Part shown: one piece after another, positions 41,802-51,526 of the stretch
How the letters are laid out: each line of letters begins with the position of its first letter
Numbering within the stretch: the first letter of the stretch is position 1
From: Candidatus Cloacimonadales bacterium
Lineage (GTDB): Bacteria; Cloacimonadota; Cloacimonadia; Cloacimonadales; JAFGVF01
NCBI GenBank assembly: GCA_963667035.1
Contig: OY762964.1
Coordinates: 576,001-640,000, forward strand
Direction of reading: 5' to 3'
Length of the DNA: 64,000 nt
Translations under genes and position numbers: made by a program
The notes under the pieces: model-generated
Told to the model about the DNA's origin: nothing
Database searches by the model: none
The model's input: only the letters and a program-made list of their open reading frames with translations

Positions 41802-43084
41802 TGTTTAGTAGAATTAAATTAATCGCTGTCATTATCTTAGTGTCCGTTAGTATGGGATTGTTTAGTGAAACTATCACCTTAGATGATGCAATCAATATTG
41901 CTTTAAAGCAAAGTGATGATATTCTAACGGCAAAAGAGGACTTAAAAAACTCAAAGTATCGATTCCGTGAAGCATTAGCAAATGCTTTCCCTAAGATTGA
42001 TGCAAGCTTAACAGCAGTTCATAAAGCTTATACATCCAATGATCTTTATGATCAACAGGAAGATAAAGCACTTGATGGTGAGATAAGCATTGTGCAGCCT
42101 CTTTGGGTTGGTGGAAAAGTCGGTACAGGCATTAAAATTGCCAAAGTTTATAGTAAGCTTTCAAAAGAATCTCTAGAAATGCAGAAAGCAAAAACTTGTG
42201 TGGCAATAACCCAAAGTTTCAATGATGTTCTATTAGCTAAAGAAGCTTATGAAGTTATCAAAGCAACAAAAACAGACGCTCTTGAAAATCTGAGAGTGGC
42301 TGAAACAATGTATGCTCAAGAATTGATTTCCGAGTATGAAGTGATTAAAGCACGAGTCGGAGTTAAATCTATTGAACCGATGCTCGTAGAATACAATAAT
42401 AATTACAGACTTGCTTTGAATAAGTTCAAGACAGACTTAGGTATGGAATTGGATGCAGATTTAGTTCTTGATGGTAAACTGGAGTATAATCCTGTTCTTC
42501 CTGATACAACTAATTATCTTCAAAGAGTACTTGATAACAGAAGAGAACTATCAATCCTAAAGAAATCAAACAAGATGTATAGACAGAGCAAGAGAATCGC
42601 CTACGGTGATTTGTTACCTACTATAGCCGCTGTGGGCTCCTTCACTTCTCAGGCAAGTCAGGATGAATTCTCTGATATGTTCAAAGATGACTTCAATATA
42701 CGCAAGTTCAATGTTGGTATCAATATTAGCATTCCTTTATTCCATGGAGACACTTATGCTAAGATTCAACAAGCTAAAAGTAGTATTAGAAAGTCTGATA
42801 TTGAGTTAAGAAAGGCAAAGAGATTACTTCAACTTGAAGCCGAGTCAACATACCGTAACCTGTTACAAGCATCAGAGCAAATCAGCTTACAGGAAGATGT
42901 TGTAAATGAGAGTCAAAAAGCTTTGGATATTGCAAATGTCAGATTTAGTAATGGCATAGGCTCACAAATAGAAGTTATTGATGCTCAAACGAATTTGCGT
43001 AACAGCCGTCTACAATTGCTTTCAGCAATTCATAATTTCACTAATTCAGTCATAGAATTCAAGTATGCAAGCGGATTATTATAA
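41801..43084 (+). CDS. TolC family outer-membrane factor
   Basis: Signal peptide; ITLDDAINIAL, FPKIDAS, QPLWVGG, ISIPLF, EVIDAQ. Confidence 0.92.
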   Translation: MFSRIKLIAVIILVSVSMGLFSETITLDDAINIALKQSDDILTAKEDLKNSKYRFREALANAFPKIDASLTAVHKAYTSNDLYDQQEDKALDGEISIVQPLWVGGKVGTGIKIAKVYSKLSKESLEMQKAKTCVAITQSFNDVLLAKEAYEVIKATKTDALENLRVAETMYAQELISEYEVIKARVGVKSIEPMLVEYNNNYRLALNKFKTDLGMELDADLVLDGKLEYNPVLPDTTNYLQRVLDNRRELSILKKSNKMYRQSKRIAYGDLLPTIAAVGSFTSQASQDEFSDMFKDDFNIRKFNVGINISIPLFHGDTYAKIQQAKSSIRKSDIELRKAKRLLQLEAESTYRNLLQASEQISLQEDVVNESQKALDIANVRFSNGIGSQIEVIDAQTNLRNSRLQLLSAIHNFTNSVIEFKYASGLL

Positions 43085-43094
43085 GGAGAACATC

Positions 43095-44144
43095 ATGAAA
43101 AGAATATATATTATAGCGATAGCATTAATGCTCGTATTATTAGTTGGCTGTTCATCTGAAGAGGTACAGCAACCTAAATCAATTGCAGATATTCAGGAAG
43201 CAGAAGGTATTCCTGTTAAGATAGATAAAGTTAAAACAAGTAAACTGGAAAGATGGGAAGAGTTCCAGTCAACACTTGAAGGAGCCAAAGAGTCTGAAGT
43301 GTTTGGACTTCTTAGTGATAATCTATTCCGTATTAACGTTAGTCTTGGAGACTATGTTGAAGCAGGTGAAGTAATTGCCGAGTACTCAACTGAATCTCCA
43401 ACAGCAAAGTATACACAAGCTTTTTTAGCTAAAGATATAGCAGAGAAAACTTACAATAGAATGCTTACAGTATACAATGCCGGTGGTATATCAAGACAAG
43501 ATCTTGATAATGTTAAGACACAATACGATGTCGCTATTCAGGATTTTAGAGCAGTATCTAAGATGGTAAAAGTACAAGCTCCTATTTCGGGTATAGTTTC
43601 TGAAATAAATTATGATGAAGGTGATTTTTGTTCTCCTTCATCTCCATTAGCTAAAATAGTTGATTCATCAGTACTCAAAGCAACTATAACAGTAGATGAA
43701 ACAAAGATAAACAACTTCAAAAAGAATCTACCTGCTGTTATCAGTTGGGATGCCATTGGTGGCAAAACTTTTAAAGGTAAAGTAACAGCTATCTCATTAT
43801 CAGCTAATCCTCAAAAGCGTGGCTTTGCAGTGGATGTAATGATTAATAATCATAATAACGAGCTAAAAGCAGGTGCTTTTGTAACAGTTAAAGTAAACAC
43901 AAAGACAAATGCGGAAGCTATAATTATTAACAGACTCTCAGTAGTTACCGAAAACAATAAGGATTACGTTTACGTAGTAAAAAATGACAAAGCTGTAAAA
44001 CAAAAAGTAGTTACCGGGGACGTTGTTTCTGATAAAATAGAGATAATCTCAGGACTAACACTTAACGACTCATACGTTGTTGAAGGTCAGAGCAGAGTCA
44101 AAGACGGAATTAAAGTAAATATTGTGAAAACAAATCAATCATAA
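43095..44144 (+). CDS. RND periplasmic adaptor (MFP) lipoprotein
   Basis: LLVGC lipobox; VQAPISGIV; IISGL...VVEGQ; ATG after AAGGAG. Confidence 0.92.
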   Translation: MKRIYIIAIALMLVLLVGCSSEEVQQPKSIADIQEAEGIPVKIDKVKTSKLERWEEFQSTLEGAKESEVFGLLSDNLFRINVSLGDYVEAGEVIAEYSTESPTAKYTQAFLAKDIAEKTYNRMLTVYNAGGISRQDLDNVKTQYDVAIQDFRAVSKMVKVQAPISGIVSEINYDEGDFCSPSSPLAKIVDSSVLKATITVDETKINNFKKNLPAVISWDAIGGKTFKGKVTAISLSANPQKRGFAVDVMINNHNNELKAGAFVTVKVNTKTNAEAIIINRLSVVTENNKDYVYVVKNDKAVKQKVVTGDVVSDKIEIISGLTLNDSYVVEGQSRVKDGIKVNIVKTNQS

Positions 44145-44204
44145 TCACTCCAAGGGTTAGCATGTAGTATAATCCCCAATGGCTAACCCCCTCTCAAGTA
44201 GCCT

Positions 44205-44238
44205 AGAGAGTGCGTAGCCCTTACGCACTCTCTTTTTT
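44205..44238 (+). terminator. Rho-independent terminator of the efflux operon
   Basis: agagagtgcgta-gccct-tacgcactctct followed by ttttt. Confidence 0.88.
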
Positions 44239-44332
44239 ATGGATTAATTTAACACTTATATGAATTCTTCCAAGATTTTTGTTGCTAAAGTATTTGCTTA
44301 TGCTAAACAATGAGTAACTATTAGGAGGTGTA

Positions 44333-45268
44333 ATGAGTAAGAAAGAAATTGAGTGGTCTGATAGTAAGTATAAGAAGATGTTGATTGAGCAGCGAAGAGA
44401 TTTATGGAATAAAGATACAATTGAAATGCTCTCAAAGTGGTTTGGTTTACATTCAGGTATGAAAGTAGCGGATATTGGTTGTGGATTAGGTTATTTAGGT
44501 TTAACATTCTGGGAGTATTTCGGTGATGCAGGTTCATATACCGGGGTTGATAAATCACAAAACCTTGTAACCGAGGCTAAGGATATGGCAAAAGAGTGGA
44601 GTCAGAATGGTAATGTAAACTTTATTCATGGTGATGTGTATAACTTACCATTAGATAATGACTCATACGATGTTGTGATGTGTCAGACTCTTCTCATGCA
44701 TCTTGAGTTTCCTGATAAGGCTTTACAGGAGATGAAAAGAATTCTCAAGTCGGGAGGATTGATTGTTTGTATAGAACCTGATAATCTATGCAATTCAACA
44801 AGACCGGTAGTCTCATCTCTTGTTGATGAATCTCTGGAAGATTTACTGCTACGTACTAAGATTTATTATTATAGATTTAAGGGGTATAAAAAGCTTGGTT
44901 ATGGAGATTTTACAATTGGTTCAAAGTTACCTAAACTTCTCTCAGAGGCCGGATTTAGTAATATAGACGCAAGAGCCGGTGACAAAATAAGGTTTACAAT
45001 ACCACCTTATGGTGAGGATATGCATACAAAAGCTAAAGAAGCTGATAACAAAAGTGTAGATAAATCAAGTGAAAAAGATTGGAAGCAATCAACCAGAAGA
45101 GATGTACTAGCAGGGGGAGGTACAGAATACCTACTCCGAAAGTACTTCAAGATGAATGAGAAGTATAGGGAGATGAGTAAAGCGAGAGTTCTTAAGCAAA
45201 TAGAAGAAGATGAATATTATAGTTTTAGTTTTCATAATCTCTATGTTGCTATAGGAAGAAAAGAATAG
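44333..45268 (+). CDS. Class I SAM-dependent methyltransferase
   Basis: VADIGCGLG, GVD, YDVVMC, LKSGG, EPD. Confidence 0.9.
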   Translation: MSKKEIEWSDSKYKKMLIEQRRDLWNKDTIEMLSKWFGLHSGMKVADIGCGLGYLGLTFWEYFGDAGSYTGVDKSQNLVTEAKDMAKEWSQNGNVNFIHGDVYNLPLDNDSYDVVMCQTLLMHLEFPDKALQEMKRILKSGGLIVCIEPDNLCNSTRPVVSSLVDESLEDLLLRTKIYYYRFKGYKKLGYGDFTIGSKLPKLLSEAGFSNIDARAGDKIRFTIPPYGEDMHTKAKEADNKSVDKSSEKDWKQSTRRDVLAGGGTEYLLRKYFKMNEKYREMSKARVLKQIEEDEYYSFSFHNLYVAIGRKE

Positions 45269-45288
45269 GAATTATATACAAATAAACT

Positions 45289-45311
45289 AGCCCGAAGTAG
45301 TGCTTCGGGCT
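45289..45311. terminator. Hairpin between convergent genes
   Basis: agcccgaagta-g-tgcttcgggct. Confidence 0.7.
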
Positions 45312-45327
45312 TATTCATAATAAAACT

Positions 45328-45807
45328 TTATAGTAGTTCCGTCATCTGACCGGTTTCTACATTAACTTTGATTAACTCAACTCCTGCTTCTTTCATCATT
45401 TCTTCAGCAAGCTGATCATTATAAGGCTCAGCAATATAAACCTTCTTTATTTCCGAGTTTATAATAATTTTAGCACAGATACTACAGGGTTGATTTGTAC
45501 AGTAAAGCTCAGCACCTTTGATTGAATGGCCATTTACTGCCGCTTGAATAATGGCGTTTTGCTCAGCATGAACTCCACGACACATTTCATGTCTTTGACC
45601 GGAAGGTATGTTCATTTGTTGTCGGAGACAACCTGTTTGGGAACAGTGTCTAACACCTTTGGGAGATCCATTGTATCCCGTTGATAGTATTTGGTTGTTT
45701 CTAACTATTACAGCTCCGACTTTACGTCTGAGGCAAGTTGACCGTTCGGAAGCTAAGTAAGCCATCTTCATAAAATACTGTTGCCAATATGGACGATTAT
45801 CTGACAT
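45328..45807 (-). CDS. dCMP deaminase (ComEB family)
   Basis: [27 protein letters not shown]. Confidence 0.93.
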   Translation of the reverse strand: MSDNRPYWQQYFMKMAYLASERSTCLRRKVGAVIVRNNQILSTGYNGSPKGVRHCSQTGCLRQQMNIPSGQRHEMCRGVHAEQNAIIQAAVNGHSIKGAELYCTNQPCSICAKIIINSEIKKVYIAEPYNDQLAEEMMKEAGVELIKVNVETGQMTELL

Positions 45808-45888
45808 CTTAATCCCCTTTTTTATGTTGCGATAAGCATAACCTTATTTATAACTTGTCAAGTGGCATTTGTCGTAAAATCTGGAAAC

Positions 45889-47133
45889 ATGAATATGAAT
45901 ATAAAACCAATAACCAAACTACATGGAACTTTAAAGCTTTCAGGCTCTAAGTCAATTTTACAAAGAATACTGTTAATATCTCTATTCTTGAAAGATGAAA
46001 TGAGTGTTACTAACTGGAGTGATTCAGAAGATGTAAGAGAAATGGCAAAGGCGATAGGTGTTGAAGCGATAGAAAATCAGGTAACTTTAAATGACACTTG
46101 TCTCCGTAGCCGTTTCCATATAGAGGAATCAGCAACAGCACTCCGTTTTCTGATGGTTTATGCTTCTCTTCAAGCCGGGAAAGAGACGATAATAAGTATA
46201 GGGGAGAGGTTATCAGAAAGACCGCATGATGAACTCATAAAAACTATGATAACTTTAGGAGCAACTATTGCAAAAAACAATCGAGATATTGTTGTTTTAG
46301 GAGCCAATCCTAAAGTAGAAAGCTTGGTTATAGATGCCGGTATTAGTAGCCAATATATCTCAGCTCTACTGTTATGTGCTCCATGCTTTGAAAAGGGTCT
46401 AACAATACAAATTAATTCTCCTATTGTTTCTAAGAATTATATTGATCTCACCATAGCATTAATGGATGAGTTCGGTATTCAGATAGAGGAGAAAGAGAGC
46501 ACATACATCATTCCTGCCCAAAGCAGATATAATGCTAAATCAGAGTTTACTTGTGAAGCCGATTTATCTTCAGCAGTTTATCCATTGAGCTTAGGTTTGT
46601 TCTCGGAAGAGGGGATAGGAGTAACCCCGATTTCGAATCACACTAAACAACCCGATTTTGTGTTCTGGAAGTTGCTTTCTGATGCTGGGGCTGATATAAA
46701 ATTGCATTATACGGAGAAAACAGAAGAGACCGTTCTTATTGCTAAGAAATCAGATTATAAAGGGTTTAACTTTAATGCGAGAAGAGCTCCGGACCTTGTA
46801 CCTGTATTATCGATATTAGCCTTGTTTGCTACTACCGAGACTGTTATTTATAATGTAGGGTATTTGAAACATAAAGAATCGGACAGAGTGACCGGAATCA
46901 TTGAGAATCTGAAACTAATAGGAGCGGAGATTAACTTGGATGAAGATATGTTAAAGATTAATCCGCTTACTGTCGAACCAAATGAGATTGAGTTGGATTC
47001 CTACAACGACCATAGACTTGCTATGTCTTTCTATATTTTAAATCAGTTATTTCCGCAAGTCAGTGTTAATAGCATGAGCTCTGTTAAAAAATCCTACTCG
47101 AATTTTGTAAGTGACATTAACAGTTTAAGATAG
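45889..47133 (+). CDS. aroA: EPSP synthase
   Basis: GSKS, ERP, SSQYIS, KESDR, NDHRLAM, KSY. Confidence 0.9.
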   Translation: MNMNIKPITKLHGTLKLSGSKSILQRILLISLFLKDEMSVTNWSDSEDVREMAKAIGVEAIENQVTLNDTCLRSRFHIEESATALRFLMVYASLQAGKETIISIGERLSERPHDELIKTMITLGATIAKNNRDIVVLGANPKVESLVIDAGISSQYISALLLCAPCFEKGLTIQINSPIVSKNYIDLTIALMDEFGIQIEEKESTYIIPAQSRYNAKSEFTCEADLSSAVYPLSLGLFSEEGIGVTPISNHTKQPDFVFWKLLSDAGADIKLHYTEKTEETVLIAKKSDYKGFNFNARRAPDLVPVLSILALFATTETVIYNVGYLKHKESDRVTGIIENLKLIGAEINLDEDMLKINPLTVEPNEIELDSYNDHRLAMSFYILNQLFPQVSVNSMSSVKKSYSNFVSDINSLR

Positions 47134-47153
47134 GAATATAGAAGGTTTTAGAG

Positions 47154-47181
47154 TACAAGGCACTAGTTTAAGTGCCTTGTA
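47154..47181 (+). terminator. Hairpin after aroA
   Basis: tacaaggcact-agttta-agtgccttgta. Confidence 0.65.
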
Positions 47182-47256
47182 GATTAAATTCAATTTTTAT
47201 TTAAAGATCATATTCTGCTCTTCTTCATTGCATCCATCAATAATGCCGTAGTTTCC

Positions 47257-47379
47257 CACTGTTTTTCCACTGTGCGGGTACTGTCAACCCGGTGTTTCAG
47301 TGGGTGGATAGTGCATTAGCAGTGCCTGCACAGTGCAAAAACAGTGCGTTGGTAGGACCTGCAATGTGAGAAAACAGTT
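47257..47379 (-). repeat. Dispersed intergenic element, copy 2 (inverted relative to copy 1)
   Basis: (C/T)ACTG at 47257, 47268 and 47279; (C/T)AGTG at 47298, 47309, 47320, 47331 and 47342. The reverse complement shares AACTGTTTTCTCACATT and CACTGAAACACCGGGTTG with copy 1. Confidence 0.9.
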
Positions 47380-47531
47380 GATGATAAGTATTTGATGTAA
47401 GTTACTGAAAATGCACTGAGTAAGTAGATTGTTTGAAATGGAAATAACTCTCTGCAAGTCAAAACTCATTTTTCTGATATATACAGTATAATTTGTAAAT
47501 AAGGTGAATGTCAAAGTAGTTTTATGAATGA

Positions 47532-47562
47532 ATAAAAGGCAACTCGAATAAGTTGCCTTTTA
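47532..47562 (-). terminator. Rho-independent terminator after arcC
   Basis: ataaaaggcaact-cgaata-agttgccttttat. Confidence 0.75.
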
Positions 47563-47581
47563 TAGAAACTGTATGGTTAAA

Positions 47582-48526
47582 CTACATAGTGATAATTGTT
47601 CCTGTTTTACCCTCTAGAGCTTCAGTTAAGAATTCATGAGAAGTGATGATAACTCTCTTACCACCTTTCTCAAGATAATCAATAGCAGCTAAAATTTTTG
47701 GTCCCATACTACCTTTAGGGAAATGACCTTCGTCATAGTATTGTTTAGCTTTTGCTGTACTAAGGGTAGAAAGCTCTTCCATATCAGGTTTACCCCAGTT
47801 AATGGCTACTTTCTCTACACCGGTTAGAATTATAAGAGTATCAGCATCAATTTGGTTTGCAAGTAAAGCAGATGCAAAGTCCTTATCAATTACAGCATCA
47901 ACACCCTCTAAAGTATTGTTATTCTCTACATAAACAGGGATTCCGCCACCACCACACGAGATAACAATAGTGCCTTGTTCCATTAATTGCTTAATTGATT
48001 TAGCAGGAATAATATCTTTTGGTTTTGGTGAAGGAACCACCTGACGCCATCCGCGTCCTGCATCTTCTGTCATAGCCCAGCCGTATGCTTCTTGAAGAGC
48101 TTTAGCTTGTTCTTCAGTATAGAATGGGCCAACAGGTTTGGTTGGATTACTCATGCTCGGGTCATTCTTATCAACAACAATCTGAGTGAGTATTACCGCT
48201 ACTTCAGGTTCAAGTCCGGCTTTCTTAAGGATGTTTTGAAGACTTTGGTCAATCATGTATCCCATTGTACCTTCTGTGGCAGCATTAAGAACTCCAAGTG
48301 GAAGTGGTGCAACACCACGTTCGATACCTGCATTTTGCTGGATAAGCATGTTCCCGACTTGAGGACCATTTCCATGAGAAATAGCAATTTGATAACCATC
48401 TTTAATTAACTGTGCAATCCCGTTAAGACTTTCTCGGGTATTGGCAAACTGTTCTGTGATAGTTCCTTTTTGTCCGGCTTGGATAATAGCATTACCACCA
48501 AGAGCCAAAACGATTTTCTTATTCAT
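47582..48526 (-). CDS. arcC: Carbamate kinase
   Basis: ALGGNA, HGNGPQVG, PTKPVG, CGGGGIPV, AVIDKD, GSMGPK. Confidence 0.96.
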   Translation of the reverse strand: MNKKIVLALGGNAIIQAGQKGTITEQFANTRESLNGIAQLIKDGYQIAISHGNGPQVGNMLIQQNAGIERGVAPLPLGVLNAATEGTMGYMIDQSLQNILKKAGLEPEVAVILTQIVVDKNDPSMSNPTKPVGPFYTEEQAKALQEAYGWAMTEDAGRGWRQVVPSPKPKDIIPAKSIKQLMEQGTIVISCGGGGIPVYVENNNTLEGVDAVIDKDFASALLANQIDADTLIILTGVEKVAINWGKPDMEELSTLSTAKAKQYYDEGHFPKGSMGPKILAAIDYLEKGGKRVIITSHEFLTEALEGKTGTIITM

Positions 48527-48556
48527 ATAATTCTCCCGATTCTTTTTCTGAAAAAC

Positions 48557-48588
48557 AAAGTAGGAGACGGTTAAATCTCCTACTTTGT
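48557..48588 (-). terminator. Terminator-like hairpin between arcE and arcC
   Basis: Minus strand caaagtaggaga-tttaaccg-tctcctactttg followed by ttttt. Confidence 0.7.
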
Positions 48589-48615
48589 ATAATTTATATA
48601 TCTACTAATGTCAGA

Positions 48616-49935
48616 TTAAAAGCCTCTTTCTGAAAGAAGGTCAGCAAGAGTTGGTTTACCAATCTCCTGAAGGTCATAACTAACACGAGTAGACGGCTGA
48701 CTAATTTTAACTATTCTTCTCAGATCTATTGGAGTACCAATAACAACAGCATCGCATTCTGTTCTTTTGATAGTCTCTTCAAGATCTTTAATCTGTTGGT
48801 CACCATAACCCATGGCAGGAAGAAGAACACCAATTTCGGGATATTTCTCGAAAGTTTCCTTTATCTCACCAACAGCCCATGGTCGTGGATCAACCAGGTC
48901 GGCAGCACCGCATTTCTCAGCAGCAACAACACCCGCACCGTAAGTCATTTCACCATGAGTGAGAGTAGGACCATCTTCTACAACCAGCACATTCTTGCCA
49001 AGTAATAAATCAGGATCCTCAACAGTTAATGGAGATGCAGCTTCAACAATCTTAGCTGTAGGATTGATTGCACGACAATTCTCTCTTACTTCTTGAATGT
49101 CATCAAGGTCCGCTGAGTCTATCTTATTAATAACAATAATGTCTGCTAAGCGAACATTTGTTTCTCCAGGATAATAACTAATCTCATGACCTGGTCTATG
49201 AGGATCTACAACAACGATGTTAACCTCTTGGTCAGAAGTATAGAAAGGTGTATCATTGTTCCCACCATCCCAAAGAATAACATCAGCTTCTTTCTCTGCT
49301 TCACGTACTATAGCTTCATAATCAACACCGGCATAAATAATGCTTCCCATGGCAATATGCGGTTCATATTCTTCCATCTCTTCAATGGTGCATTTATGTT
49401 TTGCTAAGTCATCAATAGTCTCATATCTCTGAACTTTCTGAGCAACAAGATCACCATAAGGCATAGGGTGGCGTATGGAAACAACCTTTTTACCGATGCT
49501 CTTGAGATAACGAACAACGGCTCTGGTTGTTTGGCTTTTACCACAACCTGTTCTTACTGCACAAATTGTAATGAGAGGTTTAGTTGTTTTAACACGACCA
49601 TGTTTTTCGCCCATGAGCATGAAATCAGCTCCGGCAGCATTAACCATAGCAGCATTATGCATAACTCTTTCGTATGGGAGATCGCTATAAGCGAGAACAA
49701 CTATATCTATATCATGTTCCTTTATGAGTTCGGGAACCTTAGCTTCAGGCAGAATAGGAATACCATTGGGGTAGAGCTTACCCGCTAATTCAGCAGGATA
49801 TTTTTTGTCATCAATGCCCGGAATCTGAGTCGCAGTAAATGCAATAACATCATACTCCTCATTATCTCTAAAATAGTTGTTGAAATTGTGGAAATCTCTT
49901 CCAGCAGCACCCATAATGATAACTTTCTTTTTCAT
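48616..49935 (-). CDS. arcE: Arginine synthetase-like protein (family often annotated cyclic-2,3-diphosphoglycerate synthetase/GTPase)
   Basis: MGAAGRDFHNFN N-terminus, AVRTGCGKSQ P-loop, RHPMPYG, EEYEPH, WDGGNND, EDGPTLTHG; adjacent to carbamate kinase. Confidence 0.8.
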   Translation of the reverse strand: MKKKVIIMGAAGRDFHNFNNYFRDNEEYDVIAFTATQIPGIDDKKYPAELAGKLYPNGIPILPEAKVPELIKEHDIDIVVLAYSDLPYERVMHNAAMVNAAGADFMLMGEKHGRVKTTKPLITICAVRTGCGKSQTTRAVVRYLKSIGKKVVSIRHPMPYGDLVAQKVQRYETIDDLAKHKCTIEEMEEYEPHIAMGSIIYAGVDYEAIVREAEKEADVILWDGGNNDTPFYTSDQEVNIVVVDPHRPGHEISYYPGETNVRLADIIVINKIDSADLDDIQEVRENCRAINPTAKIVEAASPLTVEDPDLLLGKNVLVVEDGPTLTHGEMTYGAGVVAAEKCGAADLVDPRPWAVGEIKETFEKYPEIGVLLPAMGYGDQQIKDLEETIKRTECDAVVIGTPIDLRRIVKISQPSTRVSYDLQEIGKPTLADLLSERGF

Positions 49936-50507
49936 GGAAACTCCTTTCTAATTGGATTTCCACCAAAACTGGGGCTAGAAGATAATCAGTCAAGAAAAAT
50001 TTGGGCTAATAATTGGCAATACTTTTTTTGATTATTCTTAGTTGGCAATAAGTAGCCTTCTTTGCCAAAAATGCACTTGATGGTTAATGCATTAGATGCT
50101 AAAGATATAAACTACCACTTTTGCTTTAGGATATAACTTGTTAATAGAGGATATTTTTCTTAACCTATGAATTAACTGAATCTTATTCGGATTTATAAAT
50201 ATATCGAATATGCAAATGATTTCGATGATAGAGGTAGTTTAATATTGCTTTTTTTGAATTCAATAAAACATCTGCTAACATTGGAATAAATGGAATTTTG
50301 TTGGGTAATCTATGGCAATAATGACAAGGTTATATGAAATTATATGCGTAATACTTAGTTTTATGATTATATTGTAAAAAGTTAATTGTGAATGATAGAG
50401 TTAAGATTTCACTTGACAGCATAACTCTTGAAGCAATACCATTAAGTTGAGGTAAATTCATTTCGAGTGAATGGCGGTATGAATGTTTCCTATTCATGGA
50501 GGAGCGG

Positions 50508-51452
50508 ATGAAAGAAAAAGTCATTCTTATGGTTATTAAGGAAAGAAAACGAGAGCAGTTAATAGAAGCTTTAAAAGATAATTATTCAGTGAAAGTCAGT
50601 GATATATTTTCTGAACTTCCTCTTGATGGAAACTATGTGTTGATGGATGGAGAAATAAGAGATGATCAGATAAATCTAACTAATCATTTGATAAAATCCA
50701 ATAATGAGTTAAAGAAAACTAATTTGCATTTGGAACAGAGACTTAGGCTTAAAATTGCTGAGTTGATGGAGATGCAGAAGGAGTTGGAAACTCTTAGTAA
50801 ATCAATATCCTATGACCTTAGAACACCATTAAGAGCAATATCAGGTTTTGGACAGTTGCTATTAGAAGAGTATAGCCAAAATTTTGACGAAGAAGGTAAA
50901 AGGCTAAGCGAGATTGTTAATAGTAATGTAGAAAAAATGAACGAGCTCATAGATGCTCTTCTTAGCTATTCTCATTTTAACCGATATGAGATACAGTCTG
51001 TTGATATTGATATGAACAAAATCGTGCAATCGGTTTACAAAGAGTTAACTACAGTGGTTGCAAGAGAGAGTATAGATTTCATAGTGGAGGAGTTGCCTAA
51101 TGCTTATGGTGATCCTCTTCTGATTAGAAAAGTATGGTATATTCTTATATCTAATGCTTTAAAATTCACAAAATACAACCAGATAAGGAAAATAACAATA
51201 TCAGCTAAAGAATTGAGTAAAGAGTTTGTCTATAAGATAAAAGATAATGGTGTTGGGTTCGATATGGAGTATTCTGATAAGCTATTTAACACTTTTCAGA
51301 AGCTACATAGCGATTCTAAGTTTGAAGGAGTAGGAATGGGCTTAGCTTTAGCGAGAAGAGCTATAAAACTACATAATGGATTGATTTGGGGTGAAGGTGC
51401 TATCAATAAAGGTGCTTCCTTCCAGTTTACATTGCCCAAATATTCTACGTAA
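50508..51452 (+). CDS. Cytoplasmic histidine kinase-like protein (H-box His replaced by Tyr)
   Basis: SISYDLRTPLRAI, SNALKF, DNGVGF, FQKLH, GVGMGLA; ATG after GGAGGA. Confidence 0.88.
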   Translation: MKEKVILMVIKERKREQLIEALKDNYSVKVSDIFSELPLDGNYVLMDGEIRDDQINLTNHLIKSNNELKKTNLHLEQRLRLKIAELMEMQKELETLSKSISYDLRTPLRAISGFGQLLLEEYSQNFDEEGKRLSEIVNSNVEKMNELIDALLSYSHFNRYEIQSVDIDMNKIVQSVYKELTTVVARESIDFIVEELPNAYGDPLLIRKVWYILISNALKFTKYNQIRKITISAKELSKEFVYKIKDNGVGFDMEYSDKLFNTFQKLHSDSKFEGVGMGLALARRAIKLHNGLIWGEGAINKGASFQFTLPKYST

Positions 51453-51526
51453 CAAAGGTAGTATGAGTATAATTATTAAAAGTAGGAAGTTCGCAAGTAT
51501 GACTCATAGCATTCTGGAGGTGGCAT

